From: an uncultured Chloroflexia bacterium
GTDB lineage: Bacteria; Chloroflexota; Limnocylindria; Limnocylindrales; CSP1-4
Direction of reading: 5' to 3'
Assembly: GCA_963763075.1 (NCBI GenBank)
Contig: CAVXNF010000005.1
Location: forward strand, 210,984-274,983
Length of the DNA: 64,000 nt
This document shows, in pieces, positions 34,275 to 45,223 of this stretch; the stretch's first letter is position 1; each line of letters begins with the position of its first letter. The notes beneath the pieces are model-generated. The model was not told where the DNA came from and did not search any database. It saw only the letters and a program-made list of their open reading frames with translations. The position numbers were made by a program, and so were the translations under genes.

Positions 34275-35121
34275 GCGGCGACGGGAGCGCCACCGCCGCT
34301 TCCGCCGCCATCGACCCCGAGGCGTTCAACCGGTTCGAGGCCGAGGGCTGGGAGGCCCGCGCGGATTCGTACGGGTTCCTCGCGCCGATCACCGGGCGGG
34401 TCATCGGGGCGCTGCTGGCGGCGGTGCAGGCCGGGCCGGGCGTCCAGCTGCTGGACGTCGGGTCGGGGCCGGGCGACCTCGCGGCGGCCGCCGGCCTCCG
34501 GGGCGCGGACGCGGTGGGGATCGACGTCGCGCCGTCGATGGTCCGGCGGGCCGCGCTCGCCCACCCGACGATCCCGTTCCGGGTCGGCTCGTTCGAGGAG
34601 CTGCCCGGTGGCGCGGGGGCGTTCGACGCGGTCGTCGGCAACTTCGTCTTCAACCACGTCGGCCGGCCGGCGCATGCCCTCGCGCGAGGCGCGGCGCGTG
34701 CTGCGGCCCGGCGGGCCGGGTCGCGCTCTCGACCTGGGACGCGCCGAGCCGCAACCGCGTGCTGGGCCTCGTGCTCGACGCGGTCGTCGCCGCCGATGCG
34801 CCGCCACCGCCCGGCCTGCCCGCGGGACCGACCAACTTCCGCGACGACGACGAGCTGCGGGCGCTGTTCGAGGCCGCCGGGTTCGTCGAGGTCGGCGTCT
34901 CGCACCTCCACTTCGAGACCGCCGTCGCCGACGCGGAGACGCTGTGGCGCGGCGTCCTCGACTCCGCGGTGCGGATCCCGCCGCTCGTCACCGAGCAGCC
35001 GGCCGACGTCCAGGTCCGGATCCGTGCGGCGTTCGACGAGCTGGTCGCGGTCCACCGCCGGGAGGGCGGCACGCTCGCGATCCCGGTCGCGGTCCAGGTG
35101 ACCCAGGGCATGCGGCCGTGA
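34258..35121 (+). CDS. Class I SAM-dependent methyltransferase (type 11-like), one frameshift near 34690
   Basis: Motif I LLDVGSGPGDLA; ...FDAVVGNFVFNHV...(shift)...EARRVLRPGGRVALSTWD... Confidence 0.65.
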   Translation, partial: SGSTARRRRERHRRFRRHRPRGVQPVRGRGLGGPRGFVRVPRADHRAGHRGAAGGGAGRAGRPAAGRRVGAGRPRGGRRPPGRGRGGDRRRAVDGPAGRARPPDDPVPGRLVRGAARWRGGVRRGRRQLRLQPRRPAGACPRARRGACCGPAGRVALSTWDAPSRNRVLGLVLDAVVAADAPPPPGLPAGPTNFRDDDELRALFEAAGFVEVGVSHLHFETAVADAETLWRGVLDSAVRIPPLVTEQPADVQVRIRAAFDELVAVHRREGGTLAIPVAVQVTQGMRP

Positions 35122-35125
35122 GCGC

Positions 35126-35987
35126 GTGGCACTCCGGGTCGCGTACACCGGCGAGCCCGGCGCGTTCGCGGAAGAGGCGGTGCTCCGGTTCTTCGCCGCG
35201 CCCGAGACCGTGACCCGCGGCTCGTTCCGGGAGGTGTTCGAGGCGGTCCGCGACGGCACCGTCGACGCGGGCGTCGTGCCGGTGGAGAGCTCGCTGCTGG
35301 GGACGATCCGCGAGAACCTCGACCTGCTGTGGTCGTTCGACCTGCCGATCGCCGGCGAGGTCTCGGTTCCCGTCCGCCTCGCGCTGCTCGGCCTGCCCGG
35401 GGAGCGGCTGGAGACGGTCGAGCGCGTGTACTCGATCGCCGCCGCGCTCGCCCAGGCGGACGAGTTCCTGCGGTCGCGCCCGTGGACGATCCAGACCACG
35501 TACAACACCGCGGGCGCGGCGAAGCAGGTCGCGGAGCGCGGGGAGCGCGGCTCGGCGGCGGTGGCCTCCGCCCGCGTCGCGCCGATCTACGGCCTCGAGG
35601 TCCTGGCCGACGACATCCAGTCCGGCACGGACAACCGGACCCGGTTCGCGGTGATCTCGCGGCCGGGCGACGAGGCGCGGATCCGGGAGGCGGCGCAGGC
35701 ACGCAGCCGTCGCCGGCCCGCCGCGGACGACCCTCGTGTTCGCCGTCCGGAACGTCCCGGGCAGCCTCCACCGATCGCTGGGCGCGTTCGCGACCCGCGG
35801 GCTCAACATGTCCCGGCTCGAGTCACGGCCGTGGACGGAGCGCGGCTCGCGCTGGGAGTACCTGTTCTGGGTGGACCTCGACGCGGACCCCGCCGAGCCC
35901 GCCTGCGCGGCCGCGCTCGCCGAGCTCGCCGACGAGACCGAGATCGTCCGGATCCTCGGCACGTTCCCGAAGGCCGCCGAGGAGTAG
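35126..35987 (+). CDS. pheA: Prephenate dehydratase (PDT domain plus C-terminal ACT domain), frameshift near 35700
   Basis: RVAYTGEPGAFAEEAV...DAGVVPVESSLLGTIRENLDLL...TRFAVISRPG; ACT: LVFAVRNVPGSLHRSLGAFATRGLNMSRLESRP... Confidence 0.8.
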
Positions 35988-36047
35988 CCGGACATGGAAC
36001 GGCGGCGCGGGCCGAAGCCGCGCGCCGCCGCGCTCGTTGGTGCGATG

Positions 36048-37639
36048 CTAGAGCCGGACGAAGGCGTCCAGGATCACGTTCGGACGCGCCCCGCTGGAGG
36101 ACACGATCCGGATGACGTGCTCGCCGTACGACGAGAACCGCCGCGCGTAGACGACCACCCTGTCGCCCGCAGTCGAAGTCGGCCATGTCGACGGTCTTCC
36201 GGAGATCGCCGTCGATGTAGACCTTGACGATGCCGAGCGTCGGATCCGTGGTCATGACGAGGCCGATCGCCCGGCCGGTGAACCGGTACCGCGCGGACGA
36301 CGCCGGTCGCATCCGACATCCTGGCCGAGCCGCCGGAGAACGCGACGTCGTTGAGCGTCGTCCAGCCGGAGCTGAACGTCGCGTACGGGCTCGTCTGCTG
36401 GGCGATCCGCGGGACGGAGCGTCGGGGTCTGCGGCCCAGGGGCCCTTGTTGTTCGCCCAGTCGACGGCGCGGACCTTGTACAGGATCGATCCGCCGGTGG
36501 CCTGCGTGATCGCCGCGTAGGTCGGCTGCCCGGAGCCGAGCAGCGTCCACGAGTCACCGCCGTTGGTGGATCGCGCGATGTCGTACTTCATGACGCCGGC
36601 GCCGCCGACATCGGACGGCGGCGGCCCAGGCCAGCTTCACCGGGATCGAGGAGCCGCTCAACGGCGCCCCGACCCATGGCGTCGCCCGCGGCGTCGTCCC
36701 GCGGGGCTTCGACCGGTCGATCCGGAGGGTGGCGGCACTCTTCGTGGCCACCGCCGGGCCGCGCGGCGACACATCGCCCGTCGACGCCACGGCTTGTGCC
36801 CGCATCGTGAGCCGGAGCGTCCCGGCGGAGCAGTTGCTGACGGTCATCGACCACGCCAGGCCGCCGTTGCTGGTCGACGGCGCGCCGATCGAGCAGTGGT
36901 CCGCCGAGCCGGTCTTCGTGAAGTCGCCCGCCGTCAGCCCGGACACGGGCTTGTCGAACAGGACCTTCCAGGCGAACGAGGACGCCCGCGTCGGGCCCTG
37001 GGGGGCGACAATCGCCACGCGCGGCGTCGACCCCATGAGGGACGTGGAGCCGTAGATCGTCGTCACGAAGTCGACGTTGCCGGACGGCGTGTAGTCGGTC
37101 CAGCAGGCGCCGGTGACGCACAGGAAGCCTTCGCCCTCGCTGTACTGGTCGGGACCACCGGCCGTGCTCGCGTGCCACTTGAGGCCCGTGTTCGTGCCCC
37201 GCAGCACGACGATGGCGAGCGTGTCGACGCCCGCGGGGGCCATGGCCGGCGCGTCGAATGAGACGGGGACCGTCGACGGGCTGCCGCTGTTCGTCGAGAT
37301 GCCCGACGTGCTCACGGTCTTCGACGCGAGCACGATGCCCGAGCTCGATGCCTGGTAGCCGGACGGCGTACCGGACGGCGCCGTCCGGATCTCCACCCGG
37401 AACGTGCCCGTGTCACCGCTCGCCCGGCGGTGCATCAGCAGGTCGACCGAGACGATCGGCCCGACCGTGTCGAAGGTCTGCGCCATCGCCGGCGCGGACC
37501 AGCTCGATCCGTCCTGGTCGTTGATCAGGAGCGCAAACGCAGCCGCTCGCGCGCTGCCCGCCATCGTGGCCAGCAGCATCGTCGCGGCCATCAAGCTCGC
37601 CAGCGCGCGTCGCCGGCCGTTCCCCGTGCGTGTCGGCAC
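36048..37639 (-). CDS. Secreted hypothetical protein with Sec signal peptide and BNR/Asp-box motif (STNGGDSW); about 3 frameshifts
   Basis: Signal peptide RTGNGRRRALASLMAATMLLATMAGSARA|AA; Asp-box ARSTNGGDSWTLL; beta-rich C-terminal domain ...RYRFTGRAIGLVMTTDPTLGIVKVYIDGDLRKTVDMADFDCGDRVVVYARRFSSYGEHVIRIVSS; GGAGGG SD. Confidence 0.55.
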
Positions 37640-37735
37640 GTTTCCCTCCAAGTGCGGCCCTGCGTTTCCCGCCTGACAGGCGCTCGGGCGGTGCGATCAT
37701 AGGCAGTCGGGACCCCCGATGACCAGCCGCTGGAG

Positions 37736-39419
37736 GTGAAGGTGGACGACGCGTTCCGCACGGAGATGGCCGCGGGCTACACGTTCGACGAGCCCGTCGT
37801 CGTGTTCGGCTCGCCGATCCAGGGCGACGAGGTCCTGTCCGAGGTCCGCGTCCAGGTGCCGCTGTCGCGCGTCAACCGCCACGGGCTCATCGCGGGTGCG
37901 ACCGGCACCGGCAAGACGAAGACCCTGCAGCTCCTCGCCGGCCAGCTGAGCGCGCACGGGGTCCCCGTGTTCGCCGTCGACGTGAAGGGCGACCTGTCGG
38001 GCGTCGGCGCGCCCGGCGACCCCGCCAACCCGGCGGTCGTGAGCCGGGTCGAGTCGATGAAGCTCACCTACGAGCCCCAGGGCCACCCGATCGAGATCCT
38101 GTCGCTCTCGGGGACCCAGGGCGCGCACGTGCGGGCGAGCGTCTCGTCGTTCGGGCCGCTGCTGCTGGGCAAGGTCCTCGACCTCAACGACACCCAGACC
38201 TCGATCCTGTCGCTCGTCTTCCGCTACTGCGACGACGAGGACCTGCCGCTGCTCGACCTCGCGGACCTGCGGACGACGCTCAAGTTCCTCGGCTCGGACG
38301 AGGGCAAGCCGGTGCTCGAGGAGCTGGGCGGCATCGCGCCGGCGAGCCTCGGGGTCATCCTGCGCGCGATCGTCACCCTCGAGCAGGAGGGTGCCGGCGA
38401 CTTCTTCGGCGAGCCCGAGTTCGATCCCGACGACCTCGTCCGCACGACCGCGGACGGCAAGGGGATCATCACGCTGCTCGAGGTCGCGGACGTCATGGAC
38501 CGCCCGCGGCTGTACTCGACGTTCGTGCTGTGGATGCTCGCCCAGCTGTACGAGACGCTGCCCGAGGTGGGCGACCTCCCGAAGCCCAAGCTCGCGTTCT
38601 TCTTCGACGAGGCGCACCTCCTGTTCGCGGATGCGTCGAAGCCGCTGATGGAGCAGATCGAGCGCACCGCGCGGCTCATCCGGTCCAAGGGCGTCGGCGT
38701 GTACTTCGTGACCCAGGCGCCGACCGACGTGCCCTCGTCCGTGCTGAGCCAGCTCGGCAACCGCGTCCAGCACGCGCTCCGCGCGTTCACGCCCGACGAC
38801 GCCGACGCGCTGCGCAAGACCGCGCCGGACGTTCCCCGTCACCACCCACTACGACGTGGAGCGGACGATCACCTCGCTGGGCATCGGCGAGGCGCTCGTG
38901 ACCGTCCTGTCGCCCAAGGGCATCCCGACCCCGCTCGCGGCGACCCGGCTCGTGCCGCCCGACTCGCGGATGGCGCCGCTCACCGCCGAGGAGCTCGCCG
39001 CGAACGTCGCCGCGTCGACGCTGGCCGGCCGCTACAACCAGTCGCTCGATCCCGAGAGCGCGCACGAGATCATCACCGCGCGGCTCGCGAACGCGAAGGC
39101 CGCCGCCGCGACGGCCGCGGTCGAGGCGACGATGCGCGACGGCGTGTCGCCGACGACCGCCGACGGGCTCGAGACGATGACGCCGGCGCAGCAGAAGCGC
39201 GAGATCGAGAAGCGGGCGAAGGAGCTGGCGGCCGCGCAGCGGGCCGCGGAGCGCGAGCGCAAGGCCCAGGTGAAGGCGGCGCAGGAGGCCGAGAAGCAGC
39301 GCCAGCGGATGCTCGAGACGTCGATCCGGACGGCGGGCAGGGTCGCGACATCGAAGGCCGGCCAGTCGATCCTGCGCGGGGTGTTCGACGTGTTCTTCGG
39401 GGGCGGCAAGAGCCGCTGA
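37736..39419 (+). CDS. DUF853-family HerA/FtsK-like P-loop ATPase (YjgR-like), one frameshift near 38830
   Basis: Walker A GATGTGKTKTLQLLAG; Walker B ...LAFFFDEAHLLF; lysine/alanine-rich coiled-coil C-terminus. Confidence 0.7.
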
Positions 39420-39503
39420 GCGCGCGCGTGCCGGTGCGTGCGGGCGACGCATCGTGTCGGAGACGGGTGACGCCGCGTGCGCCGATCTGTCAGCATCCCG
39501 GCC

Positions 39504-39765
39504 ATGGACCTCACGTTTGTCGGCTGGATCGTCGTCGGCCTCATCGCCGGCCTGTTCTCCGGTGTCGCTCGTCGGCGGCCGGACGGCCCGCGGCTGGATG
39601 CCCAGCCTCGTCATCGGCGTCGTCTCGGCGTTCCTCGTCGGCTGGCTGCTGACGTCGTTCCTGGGCGTGGACTCGATCACGAGCATCTGGCTCTCGGCGC
39701 TGTTCGCGGCCGGGATCGCGACCGTGCTCCGGCTGCTGCTCAAGTCGTTCTCGTTCAGCGACTGA
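39504..39765 (+). CDS. GlsB/YeaQ/YmgE-family small membrane protein, one frameshift
   Basis: MDLTFVGWIVVGLIAGLFSGV...(shift)...GGRTARGWMPSLVIGVVSAFLVGWLLTSFLGVDSITSIWLSALFAAGIATVLRLLLK. Confidence 0.65.
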
Positions 39766-39813
39766 GCCCCGCCGGGCGGCGCCGCCTTGCCGCCACGCGC
39801 TAGCCTTGCGCCC

Positions 39814-40342
39814 ATGACGCAGGGTGAGTTCGCGGCGCGCACGCTGATCGGCGAGTCGTTCGCGGGTAGCGGCGCCAACGCCGCGCACATCAACATCGTG
39901 ATCGGGCGCAAGGGCGGGCCCGTCGAGACGGCCTGGACGACGTCGCTCGCGACGCCGCGCGCCGGCCACATCCCGTTCCTCACGGTCCTCCGGCCGAACC
40001 TGCCCGTGAAGCCGATGACGCTGTTCGTCAACAAGGCGGACCTGCGCGGCGACACCCACTCGCAGCTCACCTGGGGTCCCGCGCAGGCGGGCGTCGCCGC
40101 CGGCGTCACGCAGGCCGTGGCGGACGGCGCTGATCCCGGCCGACGCGGTGGACGACGTGCTCGCGATCGTCGCGGTGTGGGTCGACTGGGCGGCGGACGA
40201 CGCCGCGCTGGTGTTCGCGAACAACAAGGTCGCGACCCACGAGGCGATCGCGGCCGCGGTCCGCCTGGAGCCCAGGATCGAGGACGTGCGTGGCCGAGGT
40301 CGGGCACCCGTGGAACGCCTCGTACCACGAGCACCGGAACTA
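39814..40342 (+). CDS. fae: Formaldehyde-activating enzyme (Fae) family homolog, 1-2 frameshifts
   Basis: Alignable by eye to Methylorubrum Fae as I recall it (not checked here): IGESFAGSGANAAHINIVIGRKGGPVETAW / FLTVLRPNLPVKPMTLFVNKA / WGPAQAGVAAGVTQAVADG(L)IPADAVDDVLAIVAVWVDWAADDAALVFANN. Confidence 0.7.
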
Positions 40343-40392
40343 GCCGGGCGCACCGCGTCCGCGACCTAGCCGCCGAACCCGCCCTCCCGGCC

Positions 40393-41505
40393 ATGCAGAT
40401 CACCCGGATCCGGATCGCCCGCCTCGAGCACCCGCTCGATCCGCCGTTCGACGCCGCATGGGATCCCGTGCCGCGGACGTCCTTCGCGGCGACGCTGGTC
40501 GAGGTCGAGACCGACGAGGGCGTGACCGGGATCGGCTCGGGCGACACGATGGACGGGTTCGCGGCGTTCGAGCACCTGTTCATCGGGCAGGACCCGCTCC
40601 GGATCGCGCGCCACGTCCGCGCGCTCGAGACGATCGGCTTCCACGCCGGCCGGTACTGGCCGCTCGAGGCCGCCCTGTGGGATCTCGCGGGCAAGGTGAC
40701 CGGCCAGCCGGTCGCGGTCCTGTTCGGCGGCGCGACCGATGCGCTGCCCGCGTATGCCTCGACCGGGGAGCGGCGCCCACCGGCCGAGCGGGCGGCCTCC
40801 GCCGTCGCGATCGCCGACGCCGGGTTCCGGGCGATGAAGATCCGGATCGACCGCACCCGGATCGACGAGGGGCTCGAGACCGTCCGCGCGGTGCGGGACG
40901 CCGTCGGCGACCGGCTCGAGCTCATGGTCGACCTCAACGCCGGCTGGCGGATGGCCGGCGACACGACGCCGTCGCTCGACGTGGTGGCGGCGCGCCGCGC
41001 GGCCGACGCCCTCGCCGAGCTCGGCGTCCTGTGGCTCGAGGAGCCGCTCGACGGCGCCGACCTGCGAGGTCACGCCGCGCTCCGGGCGGGCGCCCGGATC
41101 CGGATCGCGGGCGGCGAGATGACCCGCACGATGGCGGAGCTGCTCGCCGCGCTCGACGCGGACGCGTTCGACGTCTACCAGCCGGACGTGGTGCTCGCGG
41201 TCGGGATGCTCCGGGCGCGGACGATCGGCGAGCTCGCCCTGGCGCGGAACCGCTGGTTCACGCCGCACACCTGGACCAACGGGATCGGGCTGCTGGCGAA
41301 CCTCCACGTCGCGGCGGGCGTCGGCGGCGGTCCGTACCTCGAGGTCCCGTACGACCCGCCCGGCTGGACGCCCGAGCGACGGGACTTCGTGCTCGCCGCG
41401 CCCGTCGCGGTGGGGCCCGACGGGATGCTGCGGGTGCCGCCGGTGCCGGGCCTCGGCATCGAGCTGTCCCGCGAGGCTCGCGCCGCGCTCGACGCCACGC
41501 GCTAG
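40393..41505 (+). CDS. Mandelate racemase/muconate lactonizing enzyme (enolase superfamily) protein
   Basis: N-terminal capping domain followed by a barrel domain with metal ligands (..MVDLNAGW.., ..WLEEPL.., ..DVYQPDV..); intact. Confidence 0.75.
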   Translation: MQITRIRIARLEHPLDPPFDAAWDPVPRTSFAATLVEVETDEGVTGIGSGDTMDGFAAFEHLFIGQDPLRIARHVRALETIGFHAGRYWPLEAALWDLAGKVTGQPVAVLFGGATDALPAYASTGERRPPAERAASAVAIADAGFRAMKIRIDRTRIDEGLETVRAVRDAVGDRLELMVDLNAGWRMAGDTTPSLDVVAARRAADALAELGVLWLEEPLDGADLRGHAALRAGARIRIAGGEMTRTMAELLAALDADAFDVYQPDVVLAVGMLRARTIGELALARNRWFTPHTWTNGIGLLANLHVAAGVGGGPYLEVPYDPPGWTPERRDFVLAAPVAVGPDGMLRVPPVPGLGIELSREARAALDATR

Positions 41506-41517
41506 GCTGGCCGGACC

Positions 41518-43018
41518 GTGACCGACACCGCGACGCACGCCGACTGGCTCGACCGCGCCCGTGCGGTCCGGCCGCATGCCCGCCCGTTCATCGACGGCGA
41601 CTACGTCACGCCGCTCGACGGACGTCCCGTGCCCGACACGACGCCGCGCGACGGATCCGTCATCGCGGAGGTCGAGACCGCGGGCGAGCGCGACGTCGAC
41701 CGGGCCGTGCGGGCGGCGCGCGCGGCGTTCGAGGACGGCCGCTGGGCGGACCGCTCACCCGTCGCCCGCAAGCGGATCCTGCTCCGGTTCGCGGACCTCG
41801 TCCGCGAGCACGCCGACGAGCTCGCCCTGCTCGAGAGCCTCGACGTGGGCCACCCGATCGCGGACGCCACCGGCGTCGACGTGCCGGGTGCCGCGAACTG
41901 CCTCCAGTGGTACGCCGAGGCGGCCGACAAGCAGTACGGGGAGATCGGGCCGACCGGGCCGGACGCGCTGTCGCTCGTGACCCGCGAGCCGCTGGGCGTC
42001 GTGGCCGCGGTGGTGCCCTGGAACTACCCGCTGATCATCTCCGCCTGGAAGCTCGGCCCGGCGCTCGCGACCGGGAACTCGGTGATCCTCAAGCCCGCCA
42101 GCCAGTCCCCGCTGACGGCGCTCCGGCTCGCGTCGCTCGCGGCGGAGGCGGGCCTGCCGGACGGCGTCTTCAACGTGCTGCCCGGCCCGGGCGCCGTCGT
42201 CGGCGAGGCGCTGGCGCGCCACCCGGGCGTCGACAAGCTCGCGTTCACGGGCTCGATCGGGACCGGCCGCCGCCTCCTCCACGCGAGCGCCGACTCGAAC
42301 CTCAAGCCGGTCCAGCTGGAGCTCGGCGGCAAGAGCCCGCAGCTCGTCCTCGCCGACGCCCCGGACCTCGATGCCGCGGTCGAGGCGGTGGGGTGGGGGA
42401 TCTTCTACAACGCCGGCCAGACCTGCAACGCCGGCTCGCGGGTCCTCGTGCAGCGCTCGATCAAGGACGCGTTCCTCGAGCGGCTCGTCGCGTTCGCGGA
42501 GGGCCTCGTCGCCGGCGGACCCGCTCGATCCGGCCACGCGGTTCGGGTCGCTCGTCGGCGCGGAGCACCTCGAGACCGTGCTCGGCTACGTCGAGCTCGG
42601 GCGGCGCGAGGGTGCGCGCGTCGTGACGGGCGGCGACCGGGCGCTGGCCGAGACCGGTGGCGCCTACCTCCCGCCGACGATCCTCGACGGCGTCACGAAC
42701 GACATGCGCGTCGCCCGCGAGGAGATCTTCGGGCCCGTGCTCGCCGTCCTCGAGTTCGATGACCCGGACGAGGCGGTCGCGCTCGCCAACGACACCGACT
42801 ACGGGCTCGCGGCGGCGGTCTGGACCTCGGACGTGCGCCTTGCCCACCGGCTGTCGCGCCGGCTGCGGGCGGGCGTCGTGTGGGTGAACACGTTCGACGC
42901 GGCCGACGTGACGGTCCCGTTCGGCGGGTTCAAGCAGTCGGGATCGGGGCGCGACAAGAGCCTCCACGCGCTCGACGGCTACACGCAGCTCAAGACGACC
43001 TGGATGGACCTCTCGTGA
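41518..43018 (+). CDS. NAD(P)-dependent aldehyde dehydrogenase, one frameshift near 42515
   Basis: VVPWNYPL...ELGGKSPQLV (catalytic Glu)...GQTCNAGSR (catalytic Cys)...EEIFGPVLAV... Confidence 0.85.
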
Positions 43019-43947
43019 ACGGCGCGTGGCCGTCCGGCGGTGAGCGGCCGGTCGTCGGGTTCATCGGGCTCGGGCGGATGGGCCAGCCGATGGCGTCGAA
43101 CGTGCTCCGCGCGGGCTTCGAGCTCGTCGCGTTCGACGTCCGCGGCGAGGCGCTCGAGCCGCTCGTCGAGTCCGGCGCACGGGTCGCCGAGAGCGCGCCC
43201 GGCCTGGCGGCGATGGTCGACGTCCTGATCACGATGCTCCCGGGGCCGCCGCAGGTCGAGGCCGTGATGCTCGGACCGGGTGGCGCGTTCCAGGCGCTCC
43301 GCGAGGGCGCGGTGTGGATCGACATGTCCACGTCCACGCCCGCCGCGGGCAGGACGGCGGCCGACGACGGGACCCCGCGCGGCGTCGCCGTCATCGACGC
43401 GCCGGTCGCGGGCATGGTCAAGGGCGCCACGAGCGGCACGCTCCAGGTGTTCGTCGGTGGCGACGCGGCCGACGTCGAGCGCGTCCGCCCGGTGCTCGAC
43501 GCGATGGGTGACCCGGAGCGGGTGGTCCACGTCGGGCCGCGCGGCGCGGGGTACGCCGTGAAGCTGTGCCTCAACCTCCTGTGGTTCATCCACGCGGCGG
43601 CCGCGGCCGAGGTGCTGGTGCTGGGCGCGAAGGCGGGCGTCGAGGTCGGGACCCTGCGGCGGGCGCTCGTGTCGGGTCCCGCCGGCTCGGTGCTGCTGGA
43701 GCGCGACATCGACGGCGTGTTCGAGGGCGACTACGACGAGAGCTTCACGCTCGACCTCGTGACCAAGGACCTCGGGCTGGCGGTGGACCTCGGGCGCGAT
43801 CTCGGCGTGCCGCTGGAGCTCAGCGCGCTCGTCGAGCAGCTCCACCGCCGCGCGCGGGCGCTGTACGGGGACCGGGCCGGCGAGCTGTCGGCGGTGCGGC
43901 TGGTGGAGGAGGCGGCGGGGATCAAGCTGCGGCTCGGCGAGCCGTGA
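43015..43947 (+). CDS. 3-hydroxyisobutyrate/2-hydroxy-3-oxopropionate dehydrogenase family NAD(P)-dependent reductase
   Basis: VGFIGLGRMGQPMASNVLRAG (Rossmann fold)...DAPVAGMVKGATSGTL...; the GTG start overlaps the ALDH stop. Confidence 0.8.
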   Translation: MNGAWPSGGERPVVGFIGLGRMGQPMASNVLRAGFELVAFDVRGEALEPLVESGARVAESAPGLAAMVDVLITMLPGPPQVEAVMLGPGGAFQALREGAVWIDMSTSTPAAGRTAADDGTPRGVAVIDAPVAGMVKGATSGTLQVFVGGDAADVERVRPVLDAMGDPERVVHVGPRGAGYAVKLCLNLLWFIHAAAAAEVLVLGAKAGVEVGTLRRALVSGPAGSVLLERDIDGVFEGDYDESFTLDLVTKDLGLAVDLGRDLGVPLELSALVEQLHRRARALYGDRAGELSAVRLVEEAAGIKLRLGEP

Positions 43948-45133
43948 GCGCGGTCGCCCACGCCACGCTCGACATCCCGCTGCGGGACCGGATCCTGTAC
44001 GGCCGCGGCCGGATCGTCGGAGCTGCCCCACCTCGTCCGCGAGCTGGGCGGGCGGCACGCGTTCGTCGTCACGGACCCGGGCGTGGCCCGGGCCGGCGTC
44101 GCGGCTCGCGTGCGCGAGGTGCTCGAGGCCGGCGGCATCACCACGCATGTCCACGCCGAGGTGGAGCCGAACCCGGGCACCGCCTCGATCCTCCGCGGCA
44201 GCCACGCGCTCGCCCTGTTCGGGACGACGCAGTCGGTCGTCGTGGCGGTCGGTGGCGGGTCGTCGATGGACTCGGCCAAGGCGATCTCGCTCCACGCGAT
44301 CAACGGCGGTGACGTGCTGGCGCTCGGGTACCACCGGGAGGAGCTGCTGCCCGGCCTGCCGCTGATCGCCGTGCCGACGACCGCCGGGACCGGCGCCGAG
44401 ACGAACACCTACGGCGTGATCACGGACGAGGCGGCGGGCCGCAAGGGGTACGTCGGCCACCCGTCGGTCCAGCCACGGGTCGCGATCCTCGACCCGGAGC
44501 TCACCGTCGGCATGCCGCCCGCGGTCACGGCGGCGACCGGGCGTCGACGCGATGACCCATTCGCTCGAGAGCCTCCTGTCGCGCAACCCCAACCCGTTCG
44601 CCGAGGGCATGGCGCTCCAGGTGATCCGGACGGTCGCCTCGTGGCTGCCGGTCGCGGTCGACGACGGGTCGCACATGGAGGCGCGCGGACAGCTGCTCCT
44701 CGCGTCGCATCTCGCGGGGCTCGGGCAGGCGAGCGGGACGGGCGTCGGGCTCGTGCACGCGATCGGGCATGCGCTGGGGACGCGCGGGCGGCTGCCCCAC
44801 GGGACGGCGCTCGCCGCGGTCCTCCCGGAGGTCCTGGCGTTCTACCTCGAGCACGAGGGGCTGCGGGACCGCGAGCTCGCCCTCGTCGGCGTCGCGCTCG
44901 GCGCGGCCTCGCCCGCGGATCCCTGGCCCGACGCCGCGCGGGCGGGGATCGATGCCCTCGATGCGCTCCTCCGACGCGTGGGCCAGCGTCCGACGCTCGC
45001 GGCGCTCGGCGTCGACGAGGCGCTGATCCCCGTCATCGCCCTCGACGCGGTCGACGACGCGGCCATCGCCAACAGCCCGCGCCTGCCCGACCAGGCACAG
45101 GTCGAGGCCATCCTGCGGGCCGTCGCAGCCTGA
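43944..45133 (+). CDS. Iron-containing (group III) alcohol dehydrogenase (FucO/lactaldehyde-reductase-like), 2 frameshifts
   Basis: ...AVGGGSSMDSAKAISL...GTGAETNTYGVITD...GLVHAIGHALG...; start overlaps the upstream stop. Confidence 0.8.
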
Positions 45134-45144
45134 TTCCGCCGACC

Positions 45145-45164
45145 CTGCCCTAGAATCAGGGCAG
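45145..45164. promoter_or_regulatory. Inverted repeat CTGCCCT-N6-AGGGCAG between the Fe-ADH and the second ALDH gene
   Basis: 7-bp perfect inverted repeat in a 90-nt intergenic spacer; no T tract. Confidence 0.3.
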
Positions 45165-45223
45165 CGTCGCCCGACAGGCGATCCCGCCTCGCATCCGACC
45201 GCACGCACACCCAGGAGCCACCG

